A stretch of 62,854 bases of DNA, counting the filler, from Folioceros fuciformis (taxonomy: Eukaryota): NCBI GenBank assembly GCA_049999805.1. It is 3 parts of 2 records of this genome, joined end to end, with 100 filler letters (N's around TTAATTAATTAA, not from the genome) between each part and the next. Parts side by side here need not be neighbours in the genome. Positions count along the whole stretch, not along the records: positions 1 to 23,334 come from JBNGIO010006255.1; positions 23,435 to 53,826 come from JBNGIO010006255.1; 1 more part is not named here. One strand, given 5' to 3'. Positions 17,690 through 28,700 of the stretch are shown here, one piece after another. The notes beneath the pieces were generated by a model, which saw only the letters and a list, made by a program, of their open reading frames with translations, made no database searches and had not been told where the DNA came from. Both the position numbers and the translations under genes were made by a program. Each line of letters opens with the position of its first letter. Positions within the stretch are counted from its first letter, which is position 1.

Positions 17690-18915
17690 GACCAAAATGT
17701 TGAGAGCATTGAAGTATGATGTGGCTTCCAAGCTGCAAATGGGACTCAACTCCACATTTTGGCTTTACATATAAACACTATGCTTTTTCTTTGAGTTTTT
17801 GATTGTGTGGCATATGCACATAATCCAAAAGAAAAAAGATCTAAGCTAGATCAACGGAGTGTTCAATATATAATTCTTGGCTACTGCGAGAATTCTTTGA
17901 GATATTGTTTGTTTGTTTGATCCATAAACACGATAGATTATTTTGAGTCAAGATGTTATGTTTTGTGAGAACTTGTCTTGGAAGGATAATATGCATAATT
18001 CTCGTCAGTTGTCACTACAATCAGCTGATGACTTTATTTTTCATTAGTTTCCGTCTTTATTACCTACATCTGATGATGATCCATATTTGTTTGATGAGGA
18101 TTTGGATCTTGTTCTTGGTATTCAATTGGAGAATAATCTTATTGATCCTACTGATTTGGATTCCATCTATAAGAATCCTACTGAACGTAATCAACATGCT
18201 CAACATAACGACCAACTTCCGAAGAAACGCTCTAGGAGCTACATGGTGAAGGAGAAGAGAGGAGCAGACAAGGAGGAAGAGAAACAAAGGTCACACCCTC
18301 ACAATAGAGTCACACNNNNNNNNNNATCTTAGACTAAACACATTAGTCTAAGCACATTGGGCTTTAATAACCGTACAGCTTCTTGCATTGTCTCAAGTTC
18401 ATGCTTCTCGAATAGACTTGCCTCGTTGTTTTGGACATTTACATTCCCCTTCTCAATAACAACTTGAATCTATTGAGATATAAGACTTTGTTGCTTGTTT
18501 CTACTTCTTTACCTGAGCTGGAGTCTTTGGCTCAGGCTCAAGCTTCTTCTGATTAGCCACTTTGGAAGAAAGCTTTATGAGATGAATGACGTTCTTTATT
18601 AGGGAATAATATGTAGGATATTGTTTCTCTTCCATCAAGTCGAAACCCAATTTGTTGCAAATGGGTTCTTAAAATCTTATACAATGCTGACGCGATCATA
18701 GAATGCTACAAAGCCCGGTTGGTTGCCAAAGGCTATTTATAGGTTGAGGATGTTGATTACAAGAAGACTTTTCCCCCTGTGATCAAACTGCCTTCTATTC
18801 GGATTCTTCTTGCCCTTGTTGCTTACTTCGATCTTGAGATGTGTCAAATGGATGTTAAGATTGCTTTTTTAAATGGAAGATTTGGATGAAGAAATTTTGT
18901 ATGAAGCAACCTTCA
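17690..18915 (+). mobile_element. Degenerate Ty1/copia pol fragment (integrase C-terminus/SH3 plus reverse transcriptase N-terminus)
   Basis: ~17800-17975 reads CVAYAHNPKEKRSKLDQRS..IILGY..DP*...SQDVMFCE. ~18640-18912 reads CKWVLK...YKARLVAKGYL*VEDVDYKKTFSPVIKLPSIRILLALVAYFDLEMCQMDVKIAFLNG...YMKQP with stops and frameshifts. AT-rich; contains a 10-N gap. Confidence 0.9.
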
Positions 18916-18934
18916 CCATTTAATGATGGTATGC

Positions 18935-20528
18935 GAGCAATATGTCTTAGCCGATGACACTTAAAACAAATAATAGGGCCCATTGGACGAGGTGATGATC
19001 TTGAAAATTGCTGTATCATAGAAGCTTGAGAAGAAGAAGGAAAACGAGAATTAATGCACACCAAAGGACACCAGTCTCCACTTTGAGAGAGACGTTGCCT
19101 TTTTGCTTGATAGCCAAGCTAGGCCTCATCTCTACTAGCATCAAGTCGTACTTCTTTTCGTCGTAGCTCCTCAATAACCAATAGCTCCTATAAAGCTTCA
19201 ATAGTAATTGGAAGAGCTCCATTATTAAACGACAATTTGAAGGCCTCATAAGAAGAGGCAATGCTCAAAGAAGATGGAAAATTTGTACTTCCATGTGCAC
19301 CTCCAACCTAAAGGCTTTACAATCAACAATGATAGAAGTAAATTGATCAATGAAATCTTTAACTGTCTTAGATGCCCCCACCTTGAAATCCATAAGACAA
19401 GTGAGATTGGCTTGAGAATGCGCTAAGCCATGTAGCTCATGAGAGGGAAGCAACTCCTGCCAAACCTTTGTTGCTATAATCTTGGTCATAAGTTGGCCAA
19501 GATAACGATGTTCAATAGACCTAATTAAAAGCATGAGAGCTTTAGAATTTCTTTGCCTTCATGACAATTGTTCTACTGGGGTACCATTTTGAGGATAGAC
19601 TTTAGTACCATCAACAATAGACCAATTATCCAAACGAACAACCTTGACAAGAAACTTTTAAAAAGAAAAATTGGAACCATTGAACAGTGGGTATTCTGAA
19701 TGAATGCTCATGATCTTATGCCATGCTATAAATAAATAAATAAATATTTTTGAAAAAAGAAATAAACCACAACAACCTTATTGTTAGGAATGAAATAACA
19801 TCAACCAAACACTCTCTCAAAAAATGATAGTTGGATCACCATCAGCCAAAAAATCCCAAGTACGCTTGTTAGACGTATCTCTTAAAAAACCCGAGATACA
19901 CTTATTAGATGTACCTCTTTAAAAATAAAAATAAAAATAAAAATATAGAGCCCAACATACATTCGTAAGATATATCCCATAAAACTTTGATATATGAGAG
20001 ACCTATGTTAAACGTTTCTTTGACACGCCACTTACCTTTTAAAAATATAAAAACATAAAACATAAGATAACCTTGTTAAATGTGTCTGACACCCCACTTA
20101 CCTTTTAAAAATATAAGAACATAAAAACAGAAGATAACCTTGTTAAATGTGTCTCAAACATAAGATGTCATAAACCTAAAACCTAAGATACATTAATTAG
20201 ACGTATCTTAGAAACCTAGTGCTTTGATACCATGATAGAATTATACCAAGATCACGTCAGGATCATCCATCCCCAAATCTTTCGGGGATTGTACTCGCTC
20301 TTGTTAAGGTGAAAGAGTGGGCTCTTGGCTTTAGGCTTGACCTTGTATCTAGACGTTTCGAATCATAGCTTTTACCATTACAATGAGATTTCACTTAAGT
20401 TTGGCCCACTCCTTGGCTTTTTCTCTCTACATGCAGTTGTGAAGTTGTTGTTATTGTCAATATAGGGTTCTATCTGGCACGTCATGCGGTTGGAGGCACT
20501 ATATTGCCACCCATGATGAAGTTCAACA
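18935..20528 (-). mobile_element. Ty1/copia 5' end: putative LTR, tRNA-Met PBS, leader and degenerate gag
   Basis: Minus strand ...TATCA|TGGTATCAAAGC (PBS 20221-20232) follows an LTR-like CA end at 20233. gag reads LFNGSNFSF*K...NWSIVDGTK...KALMLLIRSIE...ATKVWQEL, with a decayed zinc knuckle CFKCHRLRHIARIP at ~18935-18975. The LTR start (TGTTG at 20528) is tentative. Confidence 0.8.
20024..20155. repeat. ~67-bp tandem duplication in the retroelement leader
   Basis: ccacttaccttttaaaaatataa(a/g)aacataaaa...agataaccttgttaaatgtgtct occurs twice in tandem. Confidence 0.85.
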
Positions 20529-20840
20529 TGTCATGTTCTTAATGGCTAGGGAATGAGAGTTTCTTCCATACAAGGAGTGTCCATGTACTTTGTGGAATGG
20601 GATTGCACAGGTGCAAGGTATATCAGAGTCATAGGAATGGTGGTGTTTCTCTTTCCTCTCAAATAGCCTTCTTTCGACAACGCATATCCATTGTTTTGCA
20701 AAACAGCATTGGTTAAAATGATTTTTAGAACAACAACAAAGCACAGGTCAAGTGGCTTCTTTAGCACCGGAGGTAGGTAGGCTTTTTGCTATTCCACATT
20801 TTGGGAGAGGTAGGTAGTTTTTGAGAATGACCTATAATGA

Positions 20841-21032
20841 TTGTTTCTCTTTTTATCTTTGGAGCATATGAGAAGAGTTGGCTTAGGTTATTTTTCTTTT
20901 TATTATGAGAGTAGTGGACTTGGGTTGTTTCTCTTTTTATCTTTGGAGCATTCGGCTTGGGTTGTTGTCTTTTTTTTATCTTTGGAGCATAGGAGAGCCA
21001 GCCAGCTTGGGTTGTTTCTCTTTTATCTTTAT
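20841..21032. repeat. Short imperfect repeat array (tgtttctctttttatctttggagcat-like, ~4-5 copies)
   Basis: Motif recurs near 20842, 20890, 20926, 20966 and 21013, immediately upstream of the PPR gene. Confidence 0.7.
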
Positions 21033-21291
21033 AGATATGGTACTTTCTATCAGTAACCGATCAATAGGATATCTCCGTTACTTGGAGACGCCTAAGCTAA
21101 ATCGGATCCTTTTCATGTAAGATATGGCTAAGGCGGTTGAATTCATTGCAAACCCTAGGTGCCCTACTTCGTGGTGTTGGATGGAGCAAAGGGCGACGGA
21201 TTGCTCACTCTAATCATGACGTAGCAGCGAAGGTCTCGCACAGACTGGTGGAAGGAAAGGCGGACTGGGAAGTGAGCCGCCTTCGGATGGC

Positions 21292-23205
21292 ATGTTGCAC
21301 CGCTTCCGCTGCCTACAGCGGTGTGTGGCGAGGACTTCTCGGTGCTTGAGTGCGATCCCCGACACAATTGCAACTGAGTGGCCTGCCAGTTGGGAGCACT
21401 GGAATCGGCTGTGCGACGATGGACGCGTTGGGGCGGCGTTCCGGGCGCTGGAGGGTTTGGCTCGGCGAGGAAGGTCCGTGTCGTCGAACCACTTGCACCG
21501 CCTGCTACAGGCGTGCATGGCTCGCAGGGACCTTCGCACCGGGAGGGACGTCCACCGTCTGATTGTGTCCTGTGGGTTTGATTCGGAATGTTTCCTGGGG
21601 AACCAGCTCATCCAGATGTACGCGGCTCACAGCAGCTTGGCGGAGGCGAGGGGGGTGTTCAGCAGGCTGCAAGCCCCGAATCAGCATGTGTGGTGTTCCA
21701 TCATCCGGGCCCATGCTGATTTAGGGCAGCCTGCGGAAGCCATTAGGTTGTACGAGAGGCTGAGGGTTTCCGGAGTGAGGGTGAACGAGTGGATTTTGGT
21801 GGCTGTCCTCAAGGCGTGTGCAGGGGCGCGGGATTTGAGGAAGGGGAGGTGGGTTCACGAGCACGCGGTGGAACTGGGGTGTGTGGGGTGTCCGTTTGTT
21901 GGCAGTACCCTCATCGACATGTATGCCAGGTGCGGGAGCTTGGAGGATGCGCAGGCTGTGTTTGAGGGGTTGTGTTCCGAGTCTAGCAGCGTGGTGCTGT
22001 GGACTGCGATGCTGGGAGGGTACGTGCAGCATGGGTGTGGCCGGGAGGCTCTCGAGTTGTATGAGAGGATGGAGGGCAGGGGTATAGCGGGGGACCATAT
22101 TGTGGTGCTGTCCTTGTTGAAGGCTTGTGGGGTGGCAGGTGCTGTGGAGCGAGGGGCGAGCTTGCACCAGGAAATTGTGGACATGAGGATTGAAAGGACT
22201 CCTCCTATTGGGAATGCTCTTATCGACATGTATGCCAACCTTGGGTTGCTGGACACTGCCCGGAGAGTGTTCAACAAGATAGCGAAAAGGAATTCGTTTA
22301 CCTGGACGGCGTTGATGAATGGGTATGGGCAGTATGGAGATCTGGCCGGGGCCGTGGGGTGCTTCGAGCAGATGGGGAGGTACAGGGTGAAGCCGGATGC
22401 GACCGCTTTCGCTTGCCTCCTTGCTGCTTGCAGTCGGGTCGGTGCTTTGGATGACGGGGAGAAGTACTTCGAGATGATGCAGACTCCGGAGTATGCAGTG
22501 GCGCCTGCTGTCGAGCACCTCAACTGCATGGCCGATCTTTATGCCCAGGCAGGACGTGCAGATGATGCCGAGAAGTTGCTGTCGAGGGCTGGACCGGCGG
22601 AAGCGAACACTGTGGGCTGGAGGAGTCTGCTATATGCTTGCCTCAGTCACAAGAATGTGGCGCTGGCAAGGAGATACTTCGATCTTGTTCGTCGTCTGAA
22701 TCCCACCGATCCTGCACCATACGTCATCATGGCGAGTTTGTACGCCGACGCGAAGAGCTGGGCGGACGTGCATCTCGTCAAGCAGCTGCAGAAAGATGCT
22801 GGTGCTGTGAGAAAACGTTCGAAGGCTGTGATCGAGGTCGGCATGAAGCTGCATGAGTTCTCAGGGGATGACGACCACTGCCCTCCCAAGGTTCTCGCCA
22901 AGCTGCAGTCACTGAACGCACTGGCCGAAGGCGTGGAGGAAGGGGGTTTTCTATCACAGTCACCCCTGGCCTGGAAGCCACTGCAGGACGATGAGACGGA
23001 AGATGTGCTGTGCGGGCACGCGGAGAAGCTGGCAATAGCCTTCGGGCTCCTCCACACTCGCGTGGGAGCACCTCTGCACGTCGTGAAGAATCTCCGTATG
23101 TGCAAGGGCTGTGACAGATTCTGTAGCATCGTTTCCAGGATGGAAACGCGCCGGGTCATAGTAAGGGATGATCGTCGAGTGCATGTCTTCAACAACAGGA
23201 CTTGA
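21292..23205 (+). CDS. PLS-class PPR protein with E domains and a C-terminally truncated DYW:KP-like deaminase domain
   Basis: Intronless 637-aa ORF. Arg-rich N-terminus resembling a mitochondrial presequence; PLS repeats (STLIDMYARCGSLEDA, WTAMLGGYVQHG); E domain (GWRSLLYAC); RKRSKAVIEV in place of the PG box; LCGHAEKLAIAFGLL...KNLRMCKGC...IVRDDRRVHVF; stops before the CxC motif. Confidence 0.9.
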   Translation: MLHRFRCLQRCVARTSRCLSAIPDTIATEWPASWEHWNRLCDDGRVGAAFRALEGLARRGRSVSSNHLHRLLQACMARRDLRTGRDVHRLIVSCGFDSECFLGNQLIQMYAAHSSLAEARGVFSRLQAPNQHVWCSIIRAHADLGQPAEAIRLYERLRVSGVRVNEWILVAVLKACAGARDLRKGRWVHEHAVELGCVGCPFVGSTLIDMYARCGSLEDAQAVFEGLCSESSSVVLWTAMLGGYVQHGCGREALELYERMEGRGIAGDHIVVLSLLKACGVAGAVERGASLHQEIVDMRIERTPPIGNALIDMYANLGLLDTARRVFNKIAKRNSFTWTALMNGYGQYGDLAGAVGCFEQMGRYRVKPDATAFACLLAACSRVGALDDGEKYFEMMQTPEYAVAPAVEHLNCMADLYAQAGRADDAEKLLSRAGPAEANTVGWRSLLYACLSHKNVALARRYFDLVRRLNPTDPAPYVIMASLYADAKSWADVHLVKQLQKDAGAVRKRSKAVIEVGMKLHEFSGDDDHCPPKVLAKLQSLNALAEGVEEGGFLSQSPLAWKPLQDDETEDVLCGHAEKLAIAFGLLHTRVGAPLHVVKNLRMCKGCDRFCSIVSRMETRRVIVRDDRRVHVFNNRT

Positions 23206-23334
23206 ACGTGTACATGGCAGGTCCCTGGTCACGGACTCCCTCCAGGTACAGACACACACCTTCCATCCTGCCCCTACACCAAACCATGGATATGCATCGG
23301 GTTGCCTGCCTGTCGGCGTGTTTCAGGCAGGCAT

Positions 23335-23434
23335 NNNNNNNNNNNNNNNNNNNNNNNNNNNNNNNNNNNNNNNNNNNNTTAATTAATTAANNNNNNNNNN
23401 NNNNNNNNNNNNNNNNNNNNNNNNNNNNNNNNNN
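23335..23434. other. Artificial scaffold-joining linker (N44-TTAATTAATTAA-N44)
   Basis: A 12-mer with stop codons in all six frames, centred in a 100-bp N block; identical structure at 53827-53926. Confidence 0.95.
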
Positions 23435-24392
23435 ACACCTTTAGGGCATCCCCTATGCTCCCACATTTAGCGTACATGCTAACCAGGGTGCTACCGACAA
23501 ATAAGTCTGTAGCAAAGCCTGACCTTACAACTTCTCCATGTACTTGCTTTGCCCTCCGTAGTGAACCCAATTTTACGTTTCTACCATCTACAGCCGTGCC
23601 TTCCTCCTTTTCTGCAATGATGCCACATGCTTGGAGCACGCTGACATAGGTTCGAGAATTTGGAATTACTCCTGATATTTGCATTTTAGCGAATATCTGT
23701 AAGGCATCTTCCCCTTGGTCGTGCTGAGCAAACGCTGTGATCATTGCAGTCCAGGAAACTACATTGTGATGAGATAAGCTGCCAAACACCTGTTGTGCAT
23801 CAACAATGCTCCCACACTTGGCATACATACTAATCAAAATGCTGCAAATGAAGACATCAGACCCAAAGCCATGTATGAGAGCAGCAGCATGAATCCTCTT
23901 GCCCTCTTCCAAATCCTCCAAGAAGCTGCACGCTTTAAGTAGACTGACAAAGGTGTACTTGTCGGGCTGGATTCCTTCCTGTTGCATCCGCTCATGACAT
24001 GATAAAGCTTCATGATATTGTCCTGCGTCGATATATCCTGCAATGATCGACGTCCAGGAGTAAACAGTTCGCTGCGGTAACCGTTGAAACAGTTCAAGGC
24101 CATCTGCAAGACTTCCACAGCTTACCAGTGCCGTGACCAGAAAGTCTGCTAGAAATTTGTTGGATACTAATCCATGCTTCGCCAAATGAGTGTGTATCTG
24201 CCTGGCCTCGGTAAGGCCCTTCGTTCTCATGCACATCTGTAACAGGCTCTTGTAAGTGTGCACCGACGGCACACTGCATTGCTGGTCATTTCCGAGCAGG
24301 GCAGCCAATGCCTTATCAAGCCGTCCCTCATGACACAAGGTATCCACTTCACAAGCCCTACGGGAGCTCACTAGTGTCCCGTTCAAAGCCAT
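23435..24392 (-). CDS. PLS-class PPR protein, 5' part (3' end lost at scaffold end)
   Basis: ATG 24392; repeats VYSWTSIIAGY, PDKYTFVSLLKAC, SILISMYAKCGSIVDAQQVF, VVSWTAMITAFAQH, STLVSMYAKCGSIGDA; the ORF runs into the N linker. Confidence 0.9.
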
Positions 24393-24797
24393 GATCCAAG
24401 CGTCTCATAGTGACTTCATGGAGACAGGAAAAGTAAACATTTCTTGTGTTGGGTGTGTCATCGACCATGAAGGCTTTGCCCTTACTCTCAGCTGCCAGCG
24501 ACTAGAGGAACAATTCATGCACTGTTCCGCAGTAAGTGAACTCCTCTGGCCCATGCATACGGAGAGGTCTCACGTGCTGCTTCGGCCCGTTCGCTTCAAT
24601 TTGTTCGTTAAATTTCCTTCTCATCTTTCCCTGATGGTCTTCTCACTCGGCCGTGGGAGGAGTCTTGACGGTGCCGCCATGTCTCTTCCCACTGACCGAC
24701 CGAGGTGGGTGCTCATCGTTCTCGTCACTCGTGGGTGCTAGGCGTTCCACGGAGATGCCCACAAGGAGACAAGGCGGGCTGTGGTCAAACAAACTTC

Positions 24798-24869
24798 GAA
24801 CTGAGCCAGAGCGTGGCATTAGAACAGAGCCAGAGCGTGGGATTAGAACCGAGCCAAAGTGTGGCAAGG
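24798..24869. repeat. 24-bp minisatellite, 3 imperfect copies
   Basis: gaactgagccagagcgtggcatta / gaacagagccagagcgtgggatta / gaaccgagccaaagtgtggcaagg. Confidence 0.85.
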
Positions 24870-25798
24870 CATCGGCCTACATACTATCTCCTTTGAGGCT
24901 ATCAGAACCAGCTGTGTCTTGAAAGGAGGAGCCTTTCGCTATGGCACGAGGGGTAGGTGATTGGTGAGGAAAGAGATAGGCGAACCATCATACTAGTATA
25001 CAAGCGTACCCTCGGAGACGACGACCTGATGACCACTTACGGTGATCTACCATGCACCGTTGGTGGTGACCGGTACAAAACACATCATGCATTGCATATC
25101 TTGCCCACTCCGTCGAGGTGAAGAGCCGCTCTGCGGCATCCAAATCACCCAGCAATGGGAGAGGTCTGTTCGCTGTGGTCCCATTTGAGCATGCAGGTGC
25201 CCACCCAGAAGCCGATGGATACTTGGTTGCAGAAAAGGAGCCCCTTCTATATGCCTCTCAATTCACGAGGTGCCATCGCCGGAAGTAGCTACACATCTGG
25301 CAGAACTCTCGGACTGGCCGCAAAGCTGTTGCCTGGCGCAGGATGGTCGGCATTCGCTGGTAGGCAAGAGCATCCGTTGGACAGCGCTCTGATGTTGATC
25401 TAGAACCGGATAAAGACCGTCTGGGCACAAGACGAAAGTCGTCGTCGTTACTGCCCTTGGGCCCACGATGTCTTCTCAGTACCTGGACATGGACTGTCGA
25501 AGTGTAGGGTTTGAAGGGTCTTGACAGTCGGAGCAGGGAAGCAGGGCAATGCAAACCGCTGACCTGGCCAGCGTCGTGGACAAGCCGGTGGCAGCGCACT
25601 ACAGCCTGGAAGCTGGGATACCTGCGTGTCTGGGAAGGATTGCCACGCCCCAGGGCCGGGCCGTGCGGGATTCGGACTTAGTATTTTCCCCAGGAGACCC
25701 CAGTGCTAGGCACCTGGGCGGGTGGTGGGGCGTGGAGCTATGAGTCTGGTCGCTTGCAGGTCGACATTATGCTGTCGTCTACTCCCGTGACAGCGAAT

Positions 25799-28700
25799 AT
25801 GCGCTCAGCGAGTGCAGCGAAGCTCATCGTAGATGCTTTGCTGCAGCGGTTTCTGCCTCTCGCTCGCCGACGAATTGATACTGCTCAGGCTCAGGTTGGA
25901 TTCATCTCTTGCGCAGCTTCATTTTGGATTTCGTGGGCGATTGAGCTCTATCAAAGAAATTCATTTGAATTTGGCGCAGCTCAGCATTTGCTAGTGCCCT
26001 TATGTTTGAGCTATGATGACGTGCAGGATGGGCAGTACTTGCGTGGGTCGGATCCAGCCTATGAGCAGGTTCTGGATTCACTGGGTGTGGTGGCTCATCA
26101 TACTCCTGTGCCTCTTCTGGAGGCCCTCCTTAAGTGGAGAGAGAGGTGAGCTAAGGCTTGCAATGTCGTGAATTCTGTGCCTGGATACTGTCCAGATCAC
26201 TCCTGACACGTCTCATTGTCTCCTGTCTTGCAGTGAATCACCGAAAGGCGCAAGCGATGTTTCCACCTTTCAGCGGAAGGTTAGCTGCCTCGTTAACCAT
26301 CCCCTATTGACAAGATTTGTTACCGTCATGTCTGTGTAATGAGAGGCTGAGGGATTGACTTTTGAATCTACTCAGGAGCAAAAGGAAGCCTCAGGTGAAA
26401 GCACAGGGGCTGTCGTTAGGTTTGTCTTAGCGATCATGAGCGAGCCTTATTTCGTGGCATTGCTGGCTTGTGATTTAACCACTTATCACCTTTCGTAACA
26501 TGCATATCGGGCGCTTGTTGAGCAGCCACTTGTCCTGTTTGGTATCAATTTTTCTGAAACCAGACATGCTGTTCCCACAGCTTGCAGTGGAATGTATCTT
26601 CTGCTCCGCTTGCATACGATTCGTTGAGTTCTGTCCACAGGAGGTTCTCACAGGTAGGATATGTCGTCAGTTGGAGCTATCATTCTCTTGTGTTAACTGC
26701 ACACTTCCGTCCTCGGCTATTTTGAGGGTTTGTTTGTTGTCTGCAGACAAATTTGCTGTATTCTGAGTGGCTTCATGAAACCGATTGCTGTTGTGATTTG
26801 CAGAGAGATACTGGATGGGTCTTGAGGACTTCGTCTTCGACTGGTTGATCAATGCTGATAGGTTTGTTTCAGCCTAAATCACTCTGTACCGCCGTATTTA
26901 CAGGTTGGATTTGTATTGTCACAGTGTGATCGCGTTTCTCTGGACTATTGTCTGTAGTCATCTCCAAGGTTCAGGGGCTGTACAGATGCAGAGTCTTATG
27001 GACCATGGGTGTGAATACCTCATCTCCATGAAGGAATTCGCGGAATTGACTGGATGCTTGGCTCTACAGGTCATGTCCAGCACTATTTTACACTTGTCTT
27101 GTGGGGTTTGCAGAATAGTCAGTCAGCTGGATTATCCGTCTCTTGTGGATCTACGAGGCCTTCTTCTGGATCTTGTTGCTCAACTCCTCGGTGCCCTGTC
27201 CAAAATAAGGTACGTGCAGGAAATGCTTGAGTTTCCCTAGGGTAAGCCTACGATGCTTCTGCAGTGCAACACGATAAGGTGAGTTCCTAACTCACTGTAT
27301 TGCTGGTCCTGTTTTAGGTTTAGTTCCATTACCGAGAGGTTCTTCAATGAACTGAATACCCGAGCACGAATGGACACGCCTACAGCAAGGAGTGAAACAA
27401 TCAATATCATACATGGCATGCGGTACTTCAAGCTGGGGGTACGATTACATTGGTTCCATGCTGCATCTTGAATGATGGGAAACACAGTAGTGTGATCGTC
27501 TGCATTGTAGCCAGAGTGAAACTCTGAGCCGGTGTGAATATTACGTGTGACTCATCATTAGGTGACTACGTTGGGCGGATTGAATGCATCAACTGATTTT
27601 ATTGCAAAAGCAAATCCTTTGAACCGAGCGCCTACAAAGAAGAAAAGTGAGCTCCACCACGCTTTGTGCAGCATGCTTTTTAGTGTGCTTGCACCCCTAG
27701 CTGATGGGGGCAAAGGTCAATGGCCTCCTTCGGGTGTTGACCAGGCTTTGACGCTGTGGTTTGAGGCCGTCTCTCGGATTCGTGTACAGCTTGTACACTG
27801 GATGGATAAGCACAACAAGCACACTTTTGTGAGTTGGAAATCTAGACTCCTAGACTGAGTGTGAGCAGTGAGATTTCACTTTTCACATGTTTCTTTGTCC
27901 CACCTAGTGCCTAATGTTTTTGCTCCTCTAAGTAAAACATTTTCAAAGTCTCTGGGGAGGTATGGGAATGATGCCAACTGGAACGTTTCCCGAGCCACCT
28001 CATGTTTGTGGTGCAAGGCGTTGACAGCAAATTTTGTACATCATGTGCCAGGTTGGATACCCACTTGTGACTCTTCTTCTCTGCCTTGGGGAACCTCAAT
28101 ATTTCGGTGCAAATCTGAGTCCCCACCTAGAAACGCTGTATAAGCTGCTGAGGGTAAGTTTATCAACTGTGTCCAACAAAATCACAGTATTATTACCCAT
28201 TTCTCTTCTGCTCATGTGGGTGTTGTGAAACAGGAGAGAAACTTCAGATCAATGGCTTTGGAATGTCTACATCGGGTTTTGCGCTTCTATCTTAATGTCT
28301 ATGCAGACAGCCACCAGAAAAGTCGTGTGTGGGTGTATCTTCATGGCATTACCACACAATTACTGGCCAACCTGAGAAAGGGATCTCTGACGCAAGATCT
28401 GCAGCATGACAAGCTGGTTGACTTCTGTGTAACCATAGCAGAGAACAACCTTGACTTTTGTATGAATCACATGATACTGGAGTTTTTACGAGCAGACAAC
28501 CCTAGCGAGGCAAAGGTCGTAGGCATAAGGGCCCTCCTTGCAGTGATGGCCTCGCACTCTCTTACTCAAGTTGGGCCAGACAGCGTTGGACCTGAAGATA
28601 ATCATGGATTCGCTTCATCTTCTCCGTGGAGCACTGCAACGGCCTCACCAGTCTCAGCATCTCCACGCCACCCTGATGCTGCTGCAGGTTTTACGGTTGC

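Noticed and set aside
21721-23195. Long antisense ORFs (182-265 aa) over the PPR gene, with similar ones over GH9, FMO and the LRR genes
   Set aside because: Explained by codon bias on the coding strand.
23379-23390. Palindromic TTAATTAATTAA and the 'LIN' ORF ends it produces
   Set aside because: Assembly linker, not biological sequence.
24798-24869. Short repeats as a possible CRISPR-like array (also 20841-21032)
   Set aside because: Eukaryotic context, no cas genes, and the repeats are contiguous or degenerate without unique regular spacers.
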